From the NCBI GenBank assembly GCA_016710095.1, contig JADJLL010000005.1, positions 1,573 through 65,572 of the forward strand: a DNA stretch of 64,000 nucleotides. Direction: 5' to 3'. Under the pieces are notes generated by a model that searched no databases, was not told the DNA's origin, and saw only the letters and a program-made list of their open reading frames with translations. Every line of letters starts with the position of its first letter. Within the stretch, counting starts at the first letter, position 1. A program made the position numbers and the translations under genes. This document shows positions 26,182 to 36,003 of the stretch, piece by piece. The stretch comes from Candidatus Eiseniibacteriota bacterium (GTDB taxonomy: Bacteria > Eisenbacteria > RBG-16-71-46).

Positions 26182-28344
26182 ATGCGCACGCTGCTCTCGC
26201 TCACCCTGGCGCTCACGCTCTCGCTCGTCGCCGCACGCACCGCCGCGGCGGGCGACGCCGCGCGCTTCCTCGTCGCCCAGCTCGCGGAAGCCTCCGACAA
26301 GGCGCAGTTCGCGTGGAAGCCCGACGCCGCCCAGCAGGCGGCCGCGCTCGGCCTGCGCGTGCGCGCGCCGCTGCGCGACGGCCGCATGCGCGCGCGCACC
26401 ACGCGGCTCGACGAGGCCGTGCTCGCGCACCCGGCGCTGCGCGGCTTCGCGCCCGACCGCATCGTGCTGCTCGAAGCGCCGGACTCGGCGACGGCCGCGG
26501 CCGCACGGACCGCGCTCGCCGACGGCGGTGGCGTGGACTGGATCGAGCCACTCGCCTCACGCGCGCTGCAGATGACCGAGCTGCACGGGGCCGGCGCACG
26601 GCCCGGTGCGCTCGCCGCGCTCGACTCGCTGCCCAACGATCCGCTGCTGCGCGATTCGCGGCAGTGGGGACTGTGGAACGTCGGCGGCGTGGGCGGCGGC
26701 TTCTACGGCGGCGTGCCGCGCGCCGACATTCACGTGGTCGAAGCGTGGCGCGTCACGACGGGCGACAACGCGCTCAAGCTCGCGGTCGCCGACACGGGCA
26801 TCGATCCCGCGCAGCCCGAACTCGCCGGGCTCATGCCCGACGGCTCGCCGCGGCTCGTGGACATGGTCTCGGTCACCTTCGAAGGCGCCGATGCGTGGGC
26901 GGACTCCAACGGCCACGGCACGCCGGTCGCCGGCGCGATGGCGGCGCGGACGAACGACGGCGCGCGCTTCGCGAGCGGCGGCGTGGCCGGCGTGTGCGGC
27001 GGCGACGGCGCACTCGTCGCGGGCTGCCGGATCGTCCCGATCAAGATCGCCGAAGGACACTCGGGCGAGTCGAGCTCGTTCGAGGTCTCGCGCGCCATGC
27101 TGTGGGCCGCGGACGTGGGCGCGCGCGCGATGAACCTGTCGTTCGCGGGCTACGAAGGCAGCCGCCTCGAACGCCTGTGCATGACGTACGCGCTGCTGCG
27201 CGGTTGCGTCGTGGTCGTCGCCGCGGGAAACGAAGGCGCGCGCGACAACCCGCGCCGCCCGATGTACCCGGCCGCGTACGCCGCCGACGGACTCGGTATT
27301 CAAGTCGGCGCGAGCACGCAGTTCGACGACCGTGCGACGTTCTCGTCGTACGGCCCCGGGCTCGACTTCGTCGCGCCGGGCGTGAACATCTGGACGACGT
27401 TCATGACGTACCCGAGCGCCGCGGGCGCGGTGTACGACGGACTCGTCGCCGCTTCCGGCACGTCGTTCGCCGCGCCGATCGCGGCGGGCGCGGTCGGACT
27501 GCTCGCCGCCGCGCGCCCCGAACTGATCGAGAACGACTTCCAGCACGTGCTGCGCGAAAGCGCCGACGACGTGTACCTGCCCGGCTGGGACGAGCGCACG
27601 GCGTGGGGACGGCTCAACGTCGGCCGCGCGCTCGCGTCGGTCGGGCCGGAGTACGGCATCTGGCACGACGAAGTGCGCGCCGACTCCGTCGTGCTCGCGG
27701 GCTCGGGCACGCTGTCGATCGGCGAGAGCGGCCCCGGCACGCTCGACCGCTTCCGCGGGCTGCTCGCCGCGACGCGCTGGGCGACGTACGCGACCGTGAC
27801 GCTGCCGGACTCGTTCGCCGACACCGTGCGCGTGTGGCCGCGCGTGGGCGGCACGTTCGCCGCGCGCGGCGACTACCAGTTGCCGTACTTCACGCCCGGC
27901 GCCGAAGTCGTCGCGCGGAACGGCCGCACGTTCACGCTGCGCGGCTGGCTGTATCGCGCCGACTCCGACACCTGCGCGACGTGCGTGGACGCGTGGGTGC
28001 CGCTGCCGCCCGAGTACGCGCGCTTCGGCTTCACCGTGATCGGGCGCGTGAACCGCTCCCGCCCGCCCGCGCCGGTCGGGGATGCGACGGGCGGCGCGGG
28101 CGCCGCCCACGTGCGCGCCTGGCCGAGCCCGTTCCGCGGTGCGATCGCGCTCGCGCTACCGGGCGCGGGCAGCGTGCGCGTGCTCGACGTGAACGGCCGC
28201 GTCGTGCGCGAGTGGCGCGCGAGCGGCGCCGAAACGCGCTGGGACGGCCGCGATCGCGACGGCCGCGACGCGCCGCCCGCGCTGTACTTCGTGCGCTGGC
28301 GGGGCGCGGACGGCTCCGGCCCGCGATCACCACGCGCGTCGTGA
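26182..28344 (+). CDS. exported S8 (subtilisin-family) serine peptidase with C-terminal FlgD-Ig/T9SS-like domain (true stop probably 28358 after a frame change near 28313-28323)
   Basis: Signal peptide MRTLLSLTLALTLSLVAARTAAAG. Catalytic triad contexts VADTGID, SNGHGTPVAG and SGTSFAAPIAAG. Tail WPSPFRGAIALAL...VRVLDVNGRVVREW...ALYFVRW. Confidence 0.9.
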   Translation: MRTLLSLTLALTLSLVAARTAAAGDAARFLVAQLAEASDKAQFAWKPDAAQQAAALGLRVRAPLRDGRMRARTTRLDEAVLAHPALRGFAPDRIVLLEAPDSATAAAARTALADGGGVDWIEPLASRALQMTELHGAGARPGALAALDSLPNDPLLRDSRQWGLWNVGGVGGGFYGGVPRADIHVVEAWRVTTGDNALKLAVADTGIDPAQPELAGLMPDGSPRLVDMVSVTFEGADAWADSNGHGTPVAGAMAARTNDGARFASGGVAGVCGGDGALVAGCRIVPIKIAEGHSGESSSFEVSRAMLWAADVGARAMNLSFAGYEGSRLERLCMTYALLRGCVVVVAAGNEGARDNPRRPMYPAAYAADGLGIQVGASTQFDDRATFSSYGPGLDFVAPGVNIWTTFMTYPSAAGAVYDGLVAASGTSFAAPIAAGAVGLLAAARPELIENDFQHVLRESADDVYLPGWDERTAWGRLNVGRALASVGPEYGIWHDEVRADSVVLAGSGTLSIGESGPGTLDRFRGLLAATRWATYATVTLPDSFADTVRVWPRVGGTFAARGDYQLPYFTPGAEVVARNGRTFTLRGWLYRADSDTCATCVDAWVPLPPEYARFGFTVIGRVNRSRPPAPVGDATGGAGAAHVRAWPSPFRGAIALALPGAGSVRVLDVNGRVVREWRASGAETRWDGRDRDGRDAPPALYFVRWRGADGSGPRSPRAS

Positions 28345-28400
28345 AGCTCGGCCGCTGAATCGCGCTTGAACGCCCGCGCGCACGAGCGGAACATGCGCGC

Positions 28401-29663
28401 ATGAACGCTCTTCGTGCGTCTTCCGTCCTCCTGCTGCTCGTCCTGCTCTCGCTGCTCTCCTCCTGCGCCCCCGACCGCCACGCGCCCGAATGGGCGCTCG
28501 TCCACGAGATCACGCCCGACGCGCTCGTGAGCGTGGACGGTTCCGATCCCTCGATCGCCGCGGCGGCCGACGGCCGCGTCGCGATCACCTGGGTGACGCG
28601 CGACTCCGTGGGCGCCGACGTGTGGTTCGCGATCTCGACCGACAGCGGCCGGCACTTTTCGGCGGCGCAGAAGCTCGACACGCGCGCGGGCAAGGTGTCG
28701 TCGTACACCGAGAGCCGGCCGCTCGTCGTGCTCGGGCCCGCGGGCCACGTGACGGTCGCGTGGGCGTCCGCGCGCGACAGCGGCCAGTACGCCGACGACC
28801 TCGTCTCGCGCAGCAGCGACGACGGCGGGCGCACGTTCTCGCCCGAGGCGTTCCTCAACGACGACCACGCGAACCCGCGCTCGACCTACCACGGCTTCCT
28901 CGCGCTCGACGTGACGCCCGCGGGCTCGCTCGTCGGCGCATGGATCGACGGCCGCGCCTCCGCCGGCGAGGCCGAGCCCGCGCACGGCGAGATCTGGTCG
29001 TCGTCGAGCGACGACGGCGGTCGCACGTGGCGGCCGAACACGCGCGTCGCGACCGACGTGTGCTCGTGCTGCCGGCTCGCGCTGCGCGCCGACTCGCTCG
29101 GGCACGTCGCCGTGGCCTACCGCGGCGCGCGCGCGAACCTGCGCGACCCGCGCCTCGCGCTCTCGAGCGACGGCGGGGCGACGTTCCCGCTCGACACGCT
29201 CGTCTCGCCCGACGGCTGGCTGCTGCCCGCGTGCCCGTCCATGGGCCCGGCGATCACGCTCAACCGCGGCGGCGGCGGGCACGTCGCGTGGTTCACGGGC
29301 GCCGAGAACGCCGCCACGTCGCCCGGCGTGTACGTCGCGCCGTGGCGCGCGCCCGCGGGCGCGTCCGGTGCGCGGCGTTCGCTCGGCGACAGCCTGCGCG
29401 AGCCGCAACGCCCGATGCTCGCCGCGATGGGCGCGACGACGCTCGCGGGCGTGATCGCCCGCGCGCAATCCGACTCCACGCGGCGCCTGCTCGCGGTGCG
29501 CGCACTCGACATGGACGGCGCATGGACGCCGTGGCTGTTCCTCGGCGTGAACGTGCGCGCGGCGGCGATCGCCGGCGTGAAAGCGCGGACGGCCTACGCC
29601 GTGTGGCAGGAAAAGACCGACGAGCGCTCGCGCCTGCGCGTCGTGCACCTGGTCCGGCGGTAG
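28401..29663 (+). CDS. BNR/Asp-box repeat (sialidase-like beta-propeller) lipoprotein
   Basis: Lipobox LLSSC. Four S-x-D-x-G-x-T-[FW] boxes: [34 protein letters not shown]. Confidence 0.8.
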   Translation: MNALRASSVLLLLVLLSLLSSCAPDRHAPEWALVHEITPDALVSVDGSDPSIAAAADGRVAITWVTRDSVGADVWFAISTDSGRHFSAAQKLDTRAGKVSSYTESRPLVVLGPAGHVTVAWASARDSGQYADDLVSRSSDDGGRTFSPEAFLNDDHANPRSTYHGFLALDVTPAGSLVGAWIDGRASAGEAEPAHGEIWSSSSDDGGRTWRPNTRVATDVCSCCRLALRADSLGHVAVAYRGARANLRDPRLALSSDGGATFPLDTLVSPDGWLLPACPSMGPAITLNRGGGGHVAWFTGAENAATSPGVYVAPWRAPAGASGARRSLGDSLREPQRPMLAAMGATTLAGVIARAQSDSTRRLLAVRALDMDGAWTPWLFLGVNVRAAAIAGVKARTAYAVWQEKTDERSRLRVVHLVRR

Positions 29664-29863
29664 CCGGAACCGCGAAGGCGGCCGGCCCGCCGCCGTGCGG
29701 CCGGGCGAAAAGGCCCGCCAAACCGGCGCGGCCGCGTCCGTCGGACTTCCCGGCGCGGCCACCCTTCCGGCTTTGCCGCTCGCAAAACGAGGGTGCTACC
29801 TTCGCGCCCCGTTCGCATCGGCAACCGGCGCCGCAATCGACTCCCGCACCGCACGAGGTTCGC

Positions 29864-30860
29864 TTGAGCAGCAACGAATCCGATCTGCAGGCCATCCGCC
29901 AGCTGGCCTCCGCGCGCGAGCGCATCCTCGCCGAGCTGAGCAAAGCCATCGTCGGCCAGGACGAAGTGATCGAGCAGCTGCTCACCGCGCTGTTCGCCGG
30001 TGGCCACGTGCTGCTGGTCGGCGTCCCGGGCCTCGCGAAGACGCTGCTCATCTCGAGCCTCGCGCGCGTGCTCGACCTCGAGTTCAAGCGCATCCAGTTC
30101 ACGCCCGACCTCATGCCGTCCGACATCACCGGCACGGACATCCTCGAGGAAGACGCCACGACCGGACGGCGCGCCATGCGCTTCATTCGCGGACCGGTGT
30201 TCGCGAACGTCGTGCTCGCCGACGAAATCAACCGCACGCCGCCCAAGACGCAGGCCGCGCTGCTGCAGGCGATGCAGGAGAAGGAAGTCACCGCCGGCGG
30301 CCAGACGTTCTCGCTGCCGCTTCCGTTCTTCGTGCTCGCGACGCAGAACCCGATCGAACTCGAGGGCACGTACCCGCTGCCCGAGGCGCAGCTCGACCGC
30401 TTCATGTTCAACGTGCAGGTCGGCTATCCGTCGCAGACCGAGGAAGAGCAGATCGTGATGAGCACGACGAGCGCGCAGGTGCCGAAGCTCGAGCGCGTGC
30501 TCGGCGGCGACGACATCCTCGCGCTGCAGCAGCTCGTGCGCCGCGTGCCGGTGACCGACCACGTCGTGCGCTACGCCGTGCGCCTCGTGCGCGCGACGCG
30601 CGGCGGCGAAGGCGCGCCGGACTTCGTGCGCCAGTGGGTCAGCTGGGGCGCCGGACCGCGCGCCTCGCAGTTCCTCGTGCTCGGCGCCAAGACGCGCGCC
30701 GTCATGCGTGGCCGCTTCGCGCCCGGCATCGAAGGACGTGCAGGCCGTCGCCGCGGCGGTGCTGCGCCACCGCGTCGTCACGAACTTCACCGCCGAAGCC
30801 GAAGGCGTGAAGCCCGACCGCATCATCGCGGACCTGCTGAAGAACGTCCCGACCGACTGA
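29864..30860 (+). CDS. MoxR-family AAA+ ATPase; frameshifted as sequenced at 30734-30735
   Basis: TTG 29864 has GAGG 5 nt upstream. Motifs [38 protein letters not shown] and [22 protein letters not shown]. The conserved end [43 protein letters not shown]-stop (30858-60) is read only if one G of gaaGGacg is dropped. Confidence 0.9.
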
Positions 30861-30897
30861 CGCACCGCCCCTCACGTCCGACCTCGAGGAGAACCGC

Positions 30898-32322
30898 ATG
30901 GCGGATTCGCAGCCGGCGCACTTGAAGCGGCAGATCGGCCTGTACGCCGCGACGGCGATCACGGTCGGCAACATCATCGGCTCGGGCATCTTCCGCTCGC
31001 CGCACTCGGTCGCGTCCGAACTGACGACGTTCCCGCTCGTGCTGACCGCGTGGATCGTCGGCGGCCTGCTGTCCATCTGCGGCTCGCTCGTGCTCGCGGA
31101 ACTCGCGGTCACTCATCCGAAGACCGGCGGGCTCTACGTGTTCCTGCGCGAGAGCTTCGGCGACGCGTTCGCGTTCGTGTTCGGCTGGGCGAACCTCTGG
31201 GTGATCAAGCCGACGGTCGTCGCGTCCATCACGAGCGTGTTCGCGCTCTACTTCTGCCAGGTCATGGGCTGGAAGGACGACACGCAGTTCGCCGTCGGCG
31301 CCGCGGCCATTCTCTTCCTCACGTTCGTGAACTGGCTCGGCGTGAAGGAGGGCACGCGCACGCAGAGCCTGCTCACGACGCTCAAGGTGATCGGCATCCT
31401 CGGACTGTGCGTGGCGGCGTTCACGATTCCAGCGACGCATCCGGCCTCGGCGCTCGCCGAAGGCGCCGTCGCCGAAGCGACCACCAAGCCGCTCATGACC
31501 GCGTTCTTCGTCGCCATGGTGAGCATCCTCTTCGCGTACGACGGCTGGACGGACAGCACGTACGTCGCGGGCGAGGTCGTGAACCCGCAGCGCACGATGC
31601 CGATCGCGATCGTGTGGGGCACGTGGGCCGTGATCGGCGTGTACGTGCTCACGAACTTCGCGTACTTCCACGTGCTCGGCGCCGAGGGCGTGCGCTCGTA
31701 CGAGGCCGTGGGCTCCGAGACCATCCACCGCCTGCTCGGCGACTGGGGCGCGCGCGCGCTCGCCGTGCTCGTCGCCGTGTCCACGTTCGGCACCACGAAC
31801 GGCTCGATCCTCACCGGCCCGCGCGTCACGCAGGCGATGGCGGCCGACGGACTGCTCTGGAAGCCGATGGCCGCGCTCGACCCGAAGCGCGAGACGCCGT
31901 CGCTCGCGCTCTGGGTGCAGGCGCTTCTTTCGATCGTGTGGCTCAAGGTGGCCGGCGGCTTCGACGACGTGTCGGGCTGGTTCGTGACGACGTCGTGGAT
32001 GTTCTACGGGCTCACGACCGCGGCGATCTTCGTGCAGCGCGCCCGCGAGAAGCGCGGCGAGCTCGCGGCGCCGTCGTACCGCACGCCGGGCTTCCCGGTG
32101 ACGCCGATCCTGTTCATCGTGACGACGGTCGCGATCATCTACGCCGACTTCACCTCCAGCACGCCGCTGGAGTTCGACGGCGTCACGGGCCCGCTCGCCT
32201 CCGCGCTCGCGCTCGTGCCGCGCGCGGGACTCGGCGTGCTCATCGCGCTGCTCGGCTTCCCGGTGTACGCGCTGTGGAAGGGCCGCTCCGGCGGCTCCGC
32301 CGGCTCGCGGAAGAACGCGTGA
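30898..32322 (+). CDS. APC-superfamily amino acid permease
   Basis: [21 protein letters not shown]...[16 protein letters not shown]...[10 protein letters not shown] is the APC signature. 12-TM-like, 474 aa. Confidence 0.9.
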   Translation: MADSQPAHLKRQIGLYAATAITVGNIIGSGIFRSPHSVASELTTFPLVLTAWIVGGLLSICGSLVLAELAVTHPKTGGLYVFLRESFGDAFAFVFGWANLWVIKPTVVASITSVFALYFCQVMGWKDDTQFAVGAAAILFLTFVNWLGVKEGTRTQSLLTTLKVIGILGLCVAAFTIPATHPASALAEGAVAEATTKPLMTAFFVAMVSILFAYDGWTDSTYVAGEVVNPQRTMPIAIVWGTWAVIGVYVLTNFAYFHVLGAEGVRSYEAVGSETIHRLLGDWGARALAVLVAVSTFGTTNGSILTGPRVTQAMAADGLLWKPMAALDPKRETPSLALWVQALLSIVWLKVAGGFDDVSGWFVTTSWMFYGLTTAAIFVQRAREKRGELAAPSYRTPGFPVTPILFIVTTVAIIYADFTSSTPLEFDGVTGPLASALALVPRAGLGVLIALLGFPVYALWKGRSGGSAGSRKNA

Positions 32323-33302
32323 GCGCCTTCGGAACCTCCGGGCCCGCCGGGCCCGCCGCGAGAAGCGGCGCGCAGCCCGATCGCGGCGTGGCTCGCGGCG
32401 GCGGCGCCGAGAACCGGCACTACCTCGACCCGGAAGTCGTCGCGCGTCTCGGCCATCTCGACGTGCGCGCGCGGCTCGTGGTCGAAGGCTTCATCTCGGG
32501 CATGCACCGCTCGCCGTTCCACGGCTTCAGCGTCGAGTTCGCCGAGCACCGGCCGTACATGCCGGGCGACCCGCTCAAGAACCTCGACTGGAAGGTGCTC
32601 GCGAAGAGCGACCGCTACCTGGTCAAGCAGTACACCGAAGAAACCAACCTGCGCTGCCACCTGCTGCTCGACCTGTCGGGCAGCATGGGCTTCCGCTCGA
32701 CGCGCGCGTCCATGAGCAAGCTCGAGTACGCGAAGTCCCTCGCCGCGGCGCTGTCGTACCTCATGCTGCGCCAGCAGGACGCGGTCGGCACGCTGCTCTT
32801 CGCCGAGGGGCCCGTGCAGTTCGTGCCCGCGCGTTCGGTGCGCTCGCACCTCGACGTGCTGCTCGCGACGCTCGCGAGCGGCCAGCCGCAGGGCCGCACG
32901 AAGCTCGGGCCCGTGCTGCACGAACTCGCCGAACGCGTGAAGCGCCGCGGGCTGATCGTGCTGCTCTCCGATCTCATGGACTCGCCCGACGAAGTGCTGT
33001 CGGGGCTGCAGCACTTCCGGCACCGGCACCACGAAGTGATCGTGTTCCACCTGCTCGATCCGGACGAAGTCGAGTTCCCGTACCACGACACGTCCACGTT
33101 CGTGGACATGGAGTCGGGCGAGCGCATCACGACCGAGCCGTGGGAGATCGGCGCGCGCTATCGCGAGCGGCTCGCGGCGTGGCAGGAGAAGTACCGCCGC
33201 TCGTGCCGCGAGCAGCGCGTGGACTACGTGCCGCTCGACACGCGCACGCCGTTCGACCGCGCGCTGCTGGCCTACCTCGAGAAGCGCGCGAGCCTGCTGT
33301 GA
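32319..33302 (+). CDS. DUF58 family protein (MoxR-associated, vWA-like)
   Basis: GTG 32319 overlaps the permease stop (GTGA). Motifs HRSPFHGFSVEFAEHRPYMPGDPLKNLDWKV.AKSDRYLVKQYTEE and LLLDLSGSMGF. Confidence 0.85.
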   Translation: MSAFGTSGPAGPAARSGAQPDRGVARGGGAENRHYLDPEVVARLGHLDVRARLVVEGFISGMHRSPFHGFSVEFAEHRPYMPGDPLKNLDWKVLAKSDRYLVKQYTEETNLRCHLLLDLSGSMGFRSTRASMSKLEYAKSLAAALSYLMLRQQDAVGTLLFAEGPVQFVPARSVRSHLDVLLATLASGQPQGRTKLGPVLHELAERVKRRGLIVLLSDLMDSPDEVLSGLQHFRHRHHEVIVFHLLDPDEVEFPYHDTSTFVDMESGERITTEPWEIGARYRERLAAWQEKYRRSCREQRVDYVPLDTRTPFDRALLAYLEKRASLL

Positions 33303-33304
33303 AG

Positions 33305-33937
33305 ATGCGCGTGCTGTCCGTGCTCACGTTCCTCGCCGGCGCGCTCGTGCTCTGGGTGGCGCTCGGCATCCTCGGCGAAGCGCCGGGCAGCGCGCCCGAG
33401 TCGCGCCACCTGCGCCGGATGAAGAAGCGCCTCGCCGTGCCCGCCTCGTACACGCCCTACACGCTCGCCGACTTCCAGGCGCTGCCGCACGGCATCGCGC
33501 TCGAGCACCGCGGCGTTCGCGAACGCACCGCCGTGAGCTTCGAGGGCTGGAACCAGCGCATGATGATGGCCGGCGACGGCGACGCGCATCTCGAACTCGT
33601 CGCCTCGCCGCGCGCGTCCGGAGGGCGCGACACCGTCTACGTCACGGCCGAGGTCACGCCGCCGTTTCGCCGTGGCGGCGCCGCGTCGAACTGGAACTAC
33701 GACCGCCTGCTCGCGCTCTTCCGCCCCAATCGCGGCGGCCAGACGCCTTGGGAGCAGGGCCCCGCGCGCGTGCGCGTGAGCGGCTGGCTGCTCTACGACT
33801 ACCAGTACGACCACGCGCCGACGAGCTGGTCGCTCGAGAACGCCGCGCCGCGCGCGACGGGCTGGGAGATCCACCCCGTGACGCGCATCGAGCGCTGGGA
33901 TGAGGCGCACGCGGCGTGGATCGAGGTGCCGCGATGA
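33305..33937 (+). CDS. membrane-anchored hypothetical protein in the MoxR/DUF58 operon
   Basis: ATG 33305 lies 3 nt after the DUF58 stop. N-terminal TM MRVLSVLTFLAGALVLWVALGIL. G/C third positions. No family recognised. Confidence 0.6.
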   Translation: MRVLSVLTFLAGALVLWVALGILGEAPGSAPESRHLRRMKKRLAVPASYTPYTLADFQALPHGIALEHRGVRERTAVSFEGWNQRMMMAGDGDAHLELVASPRASGGRDTVYVTAEVTPPFRRGGAASNWNYDRLLALFRPNRGGQTPWEQGPARVRVSGWLLYDYQYDHAPTSWSLENAAPRATGWEIHPVTRIERWDEAHAAWIEVPR

Positions 33938-36003
33938 ACTTCCTCAATCCGCTCGTGCTGTTCGGGCTGGGCGCCGCCGCGATCCCCATCCTCATTCACC
34001 TGTTCACCAAGCGCCGCCCGCGTGAGGTGCAGTTCTCCTCGCTCGAGTTCCTCACCGAAGTCCACCAGAGCGAGATCCGCCGGCTGAAGCTCAAGCAGTG
34101 GCTGCTGCTGGCCCTGCGCACGCTCGCGATCGCGGCGCTCGCGATCGCCATGGCGCGGCCCGCGGTGAAGGGCGGCACCGGTGGCAGCGCGTCGAGCAGC
34201 CTCGTCGCGCTCGTCGACGTGAGTGGCAGCATGAGCGCGCCCGGCCCCGACGGCCGCACGCTCGCCGCCTCCGCGCGACGCGCCGTGGAGGACCTGCTCG
34301 CGACGCTCGGCCCCGGCGACGAGCTGCTGCTCGTGCCGTACGACCGCGCGCCGCGCCCCGTGTCCGAGAAGCCGCTCGGCGACGCGGGACGGCTGCGCGC
34401 CGCGGCCACGGCCATCGCGCCCACCGCGCACGTCACCGATCACCGCGCCGCGCTCGAACTGGCCGCGCGCGCGTTGAGCGAAGCCCGCGCGCTCAACCGC
34501 GAACTGTTCTGGATCTCCGACTTCCAGCGGACGGGCTTCGCGCGGGGCGGGGGCGCCGGAGGCGCACCGGAGGTGCGCGTCGCCGAAGGCCCGTGGAGCA
34601 ACGTGCGCACGTACCTCGTGCCGCTCAGCCCGCGCAGCCGCGCGAACGCCGCGCTCACCGACGCCCGCCTGACGCCGGCCGAAGGCGGCGCGGCGCTCGA
34701 CGTGCGCGCGCGCGCGTTCGGCGTGACGCCCGCGGACTTCGCGGTCGAGGCGCGCGAGGTCACGTCCGACGGCGCGCCGGCCGAGCGCCTCGGCTCGGGC
34801 TTCGTCTCGCTCGGAGCGAGCGGCGAGTCCGGCACACTGCTGCCGCTCTCGCGCACACCCGATGCCGGCGGAGAAGCGCTGCTGCCCGACGACGCGCTCG
34901 CGCTCGACAACCGCCGCGTGTTCGCGTCGGGCCGCGCCGGCGCGCTGCACGTGCTGCTGCGCGAGGACGGCGATCCGTCCGCGCTGCGCTTCGCGCTCGA
35001 GGCGGGCGGCGAACTGTCCGGGCTCGACGTCCGCGTCGTGGACGGCGCGACGCTCGCGGCGCAGGCCGACGGCGCGGACGCGATCGTGATCGGCGACGTC
35101 GAACGCCTCGGGCCCGCGGAACTGCAGGCCGTGCTCGACGCCTGGCGCGGCGGCGGCGCGCTGCTGCTCGTGCCCGGCACGCGCGCGGACGCCGCGTGGT
35201 GGAACGAAACGCTGCTGAAGGAAGTGCAGGCCGGCACGCTCGGAGCGCTCGAAGCCGCGCCCGCGGGCGCGGAGTGGCGCCTGCGCCTCGACGCCGCGGG
35301 CCATCCCGCGCTCGAAGGCTTCCCCGCGCGTCCCGGCGAAGCGCTGTCGGCCGCGCGCTTCGTGCGCGCGCGCACGCTGCGCCCCGCCGCCGGTGCGCGC
35401 GTGATCGCCAGCTTCGACGGCGCGCACGCAGCGCTCGTCGAATCGCCACGTGCGCTCGTGTTCGCGACACCGCTCGATCCCGCAAGCTCGGACTTCGCGA
35501 CGAGCGGCGCGTTCCTGCCGCTCGTGCACCAGTGCGCGCGCGTGCTCGCGCGCGGCACCGCCGCCGCGTCGCTCGCACCGGGCGACGTGTGGCGCGCGCC
35601 CGCGAGCACCGGCGACTGGCGCGTCGTGGGCGAGGACGGCCGCGAAGTGTCCTCCACGCTCACCGGCGCCGCGGGCGGCTCGCGCCTCACGACCGCGCCG
35701 CTCGAAGCGCCCGGGCTCTACCGCGTGTGGCAGGGCCGCCAGCTGCGCGGCAGCTTCGCCGTGAATCCCGATCCCGCGGAATCCGACCTCGCCTCCGCGG
35801 ACGAGCGCACGCTGCTCGCGGCGTTCCCCGCGGGGCGCGCCACGGTGCTGCGCGCGGGCGAGTCGCTCGCGAACCGCGTGCGCGAGGCGCGCTACGGCCG
35901 CGAGCTCTGGCCGCTGTTCGTCGGCATCGCGCTGCTCCTGCTGGCGCTCGAGAGCCTGCTCGGGCGGCCGGCGACCGGCGAAACCGGAAAGGGGAAGTCA
36001 TGA
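33934..36003 (+). CDS. BatA-like N-terminal double-TM domain protein with vWA-type metal-site motif
   Basis: The ATGA overlaps the upstream stop. MNFLNPLVLFGLGAAAIPILIHLF.KRR matches the aerotolerance BatA N-terminal domain. LVALVDVSGSMSA is a MIDAS-like DxSxS. There is a C-terminal TM. Confidence 0.8.
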   Translation: MNFLNPLVLFGLGAAAIPILIHLFTKRRPREVQFSSLEFLTEVHQSEIRRLKLKQWLLLALRTLAIAALAIAMARPAVKGGTGGSASSSLVALVDVSGSMSAPGPDGRTLAASARRAVEDLLATLGPGDELLLVPYDRAPRPVSEKPLGDAGRLRAAATAIAPTAHVTDHRAALELAARALSEARALNRELFWISDFQRTGFARGGGAGGAPEVRVAEGPWSNVRTYLVPLSPRSRANAALTDARLTPAEGGAALDVRARAFGVTPADFAVEAREVTSDGAPAERLGSGFVSLGASGESGTLLPLSRTPDAGGEALLPDDALALDNRRVFASGRAGALHVLLREDGDPSALRFALEAGGELSGLDVRVVDGATLAAQADGADAIVIGDVERLGPAELQAVLDAWRGGGALLLVPGTRADAAWWNETLLKEVQAGTLGALEAAPAGAEWRLRLDAAGHPALEGFPARPGEALSAARFVRARTLRPAAGARVIASFDGAHAALVESPRALVFATPLDPASSDFATSGAFLPLVHQCARVLARGTAAASLAPGDVWRAPASTGDWRVVGEDGREVSSTLTGAAGGSRLTTAPLEAPGLYRVWQGRQLRGSFAVNPDPAESDLASADERTLLAAFPAGRATVLRAGESLANRVREARYGRELWPLFVGIALLLLALESLLGRPATGETGKGKS

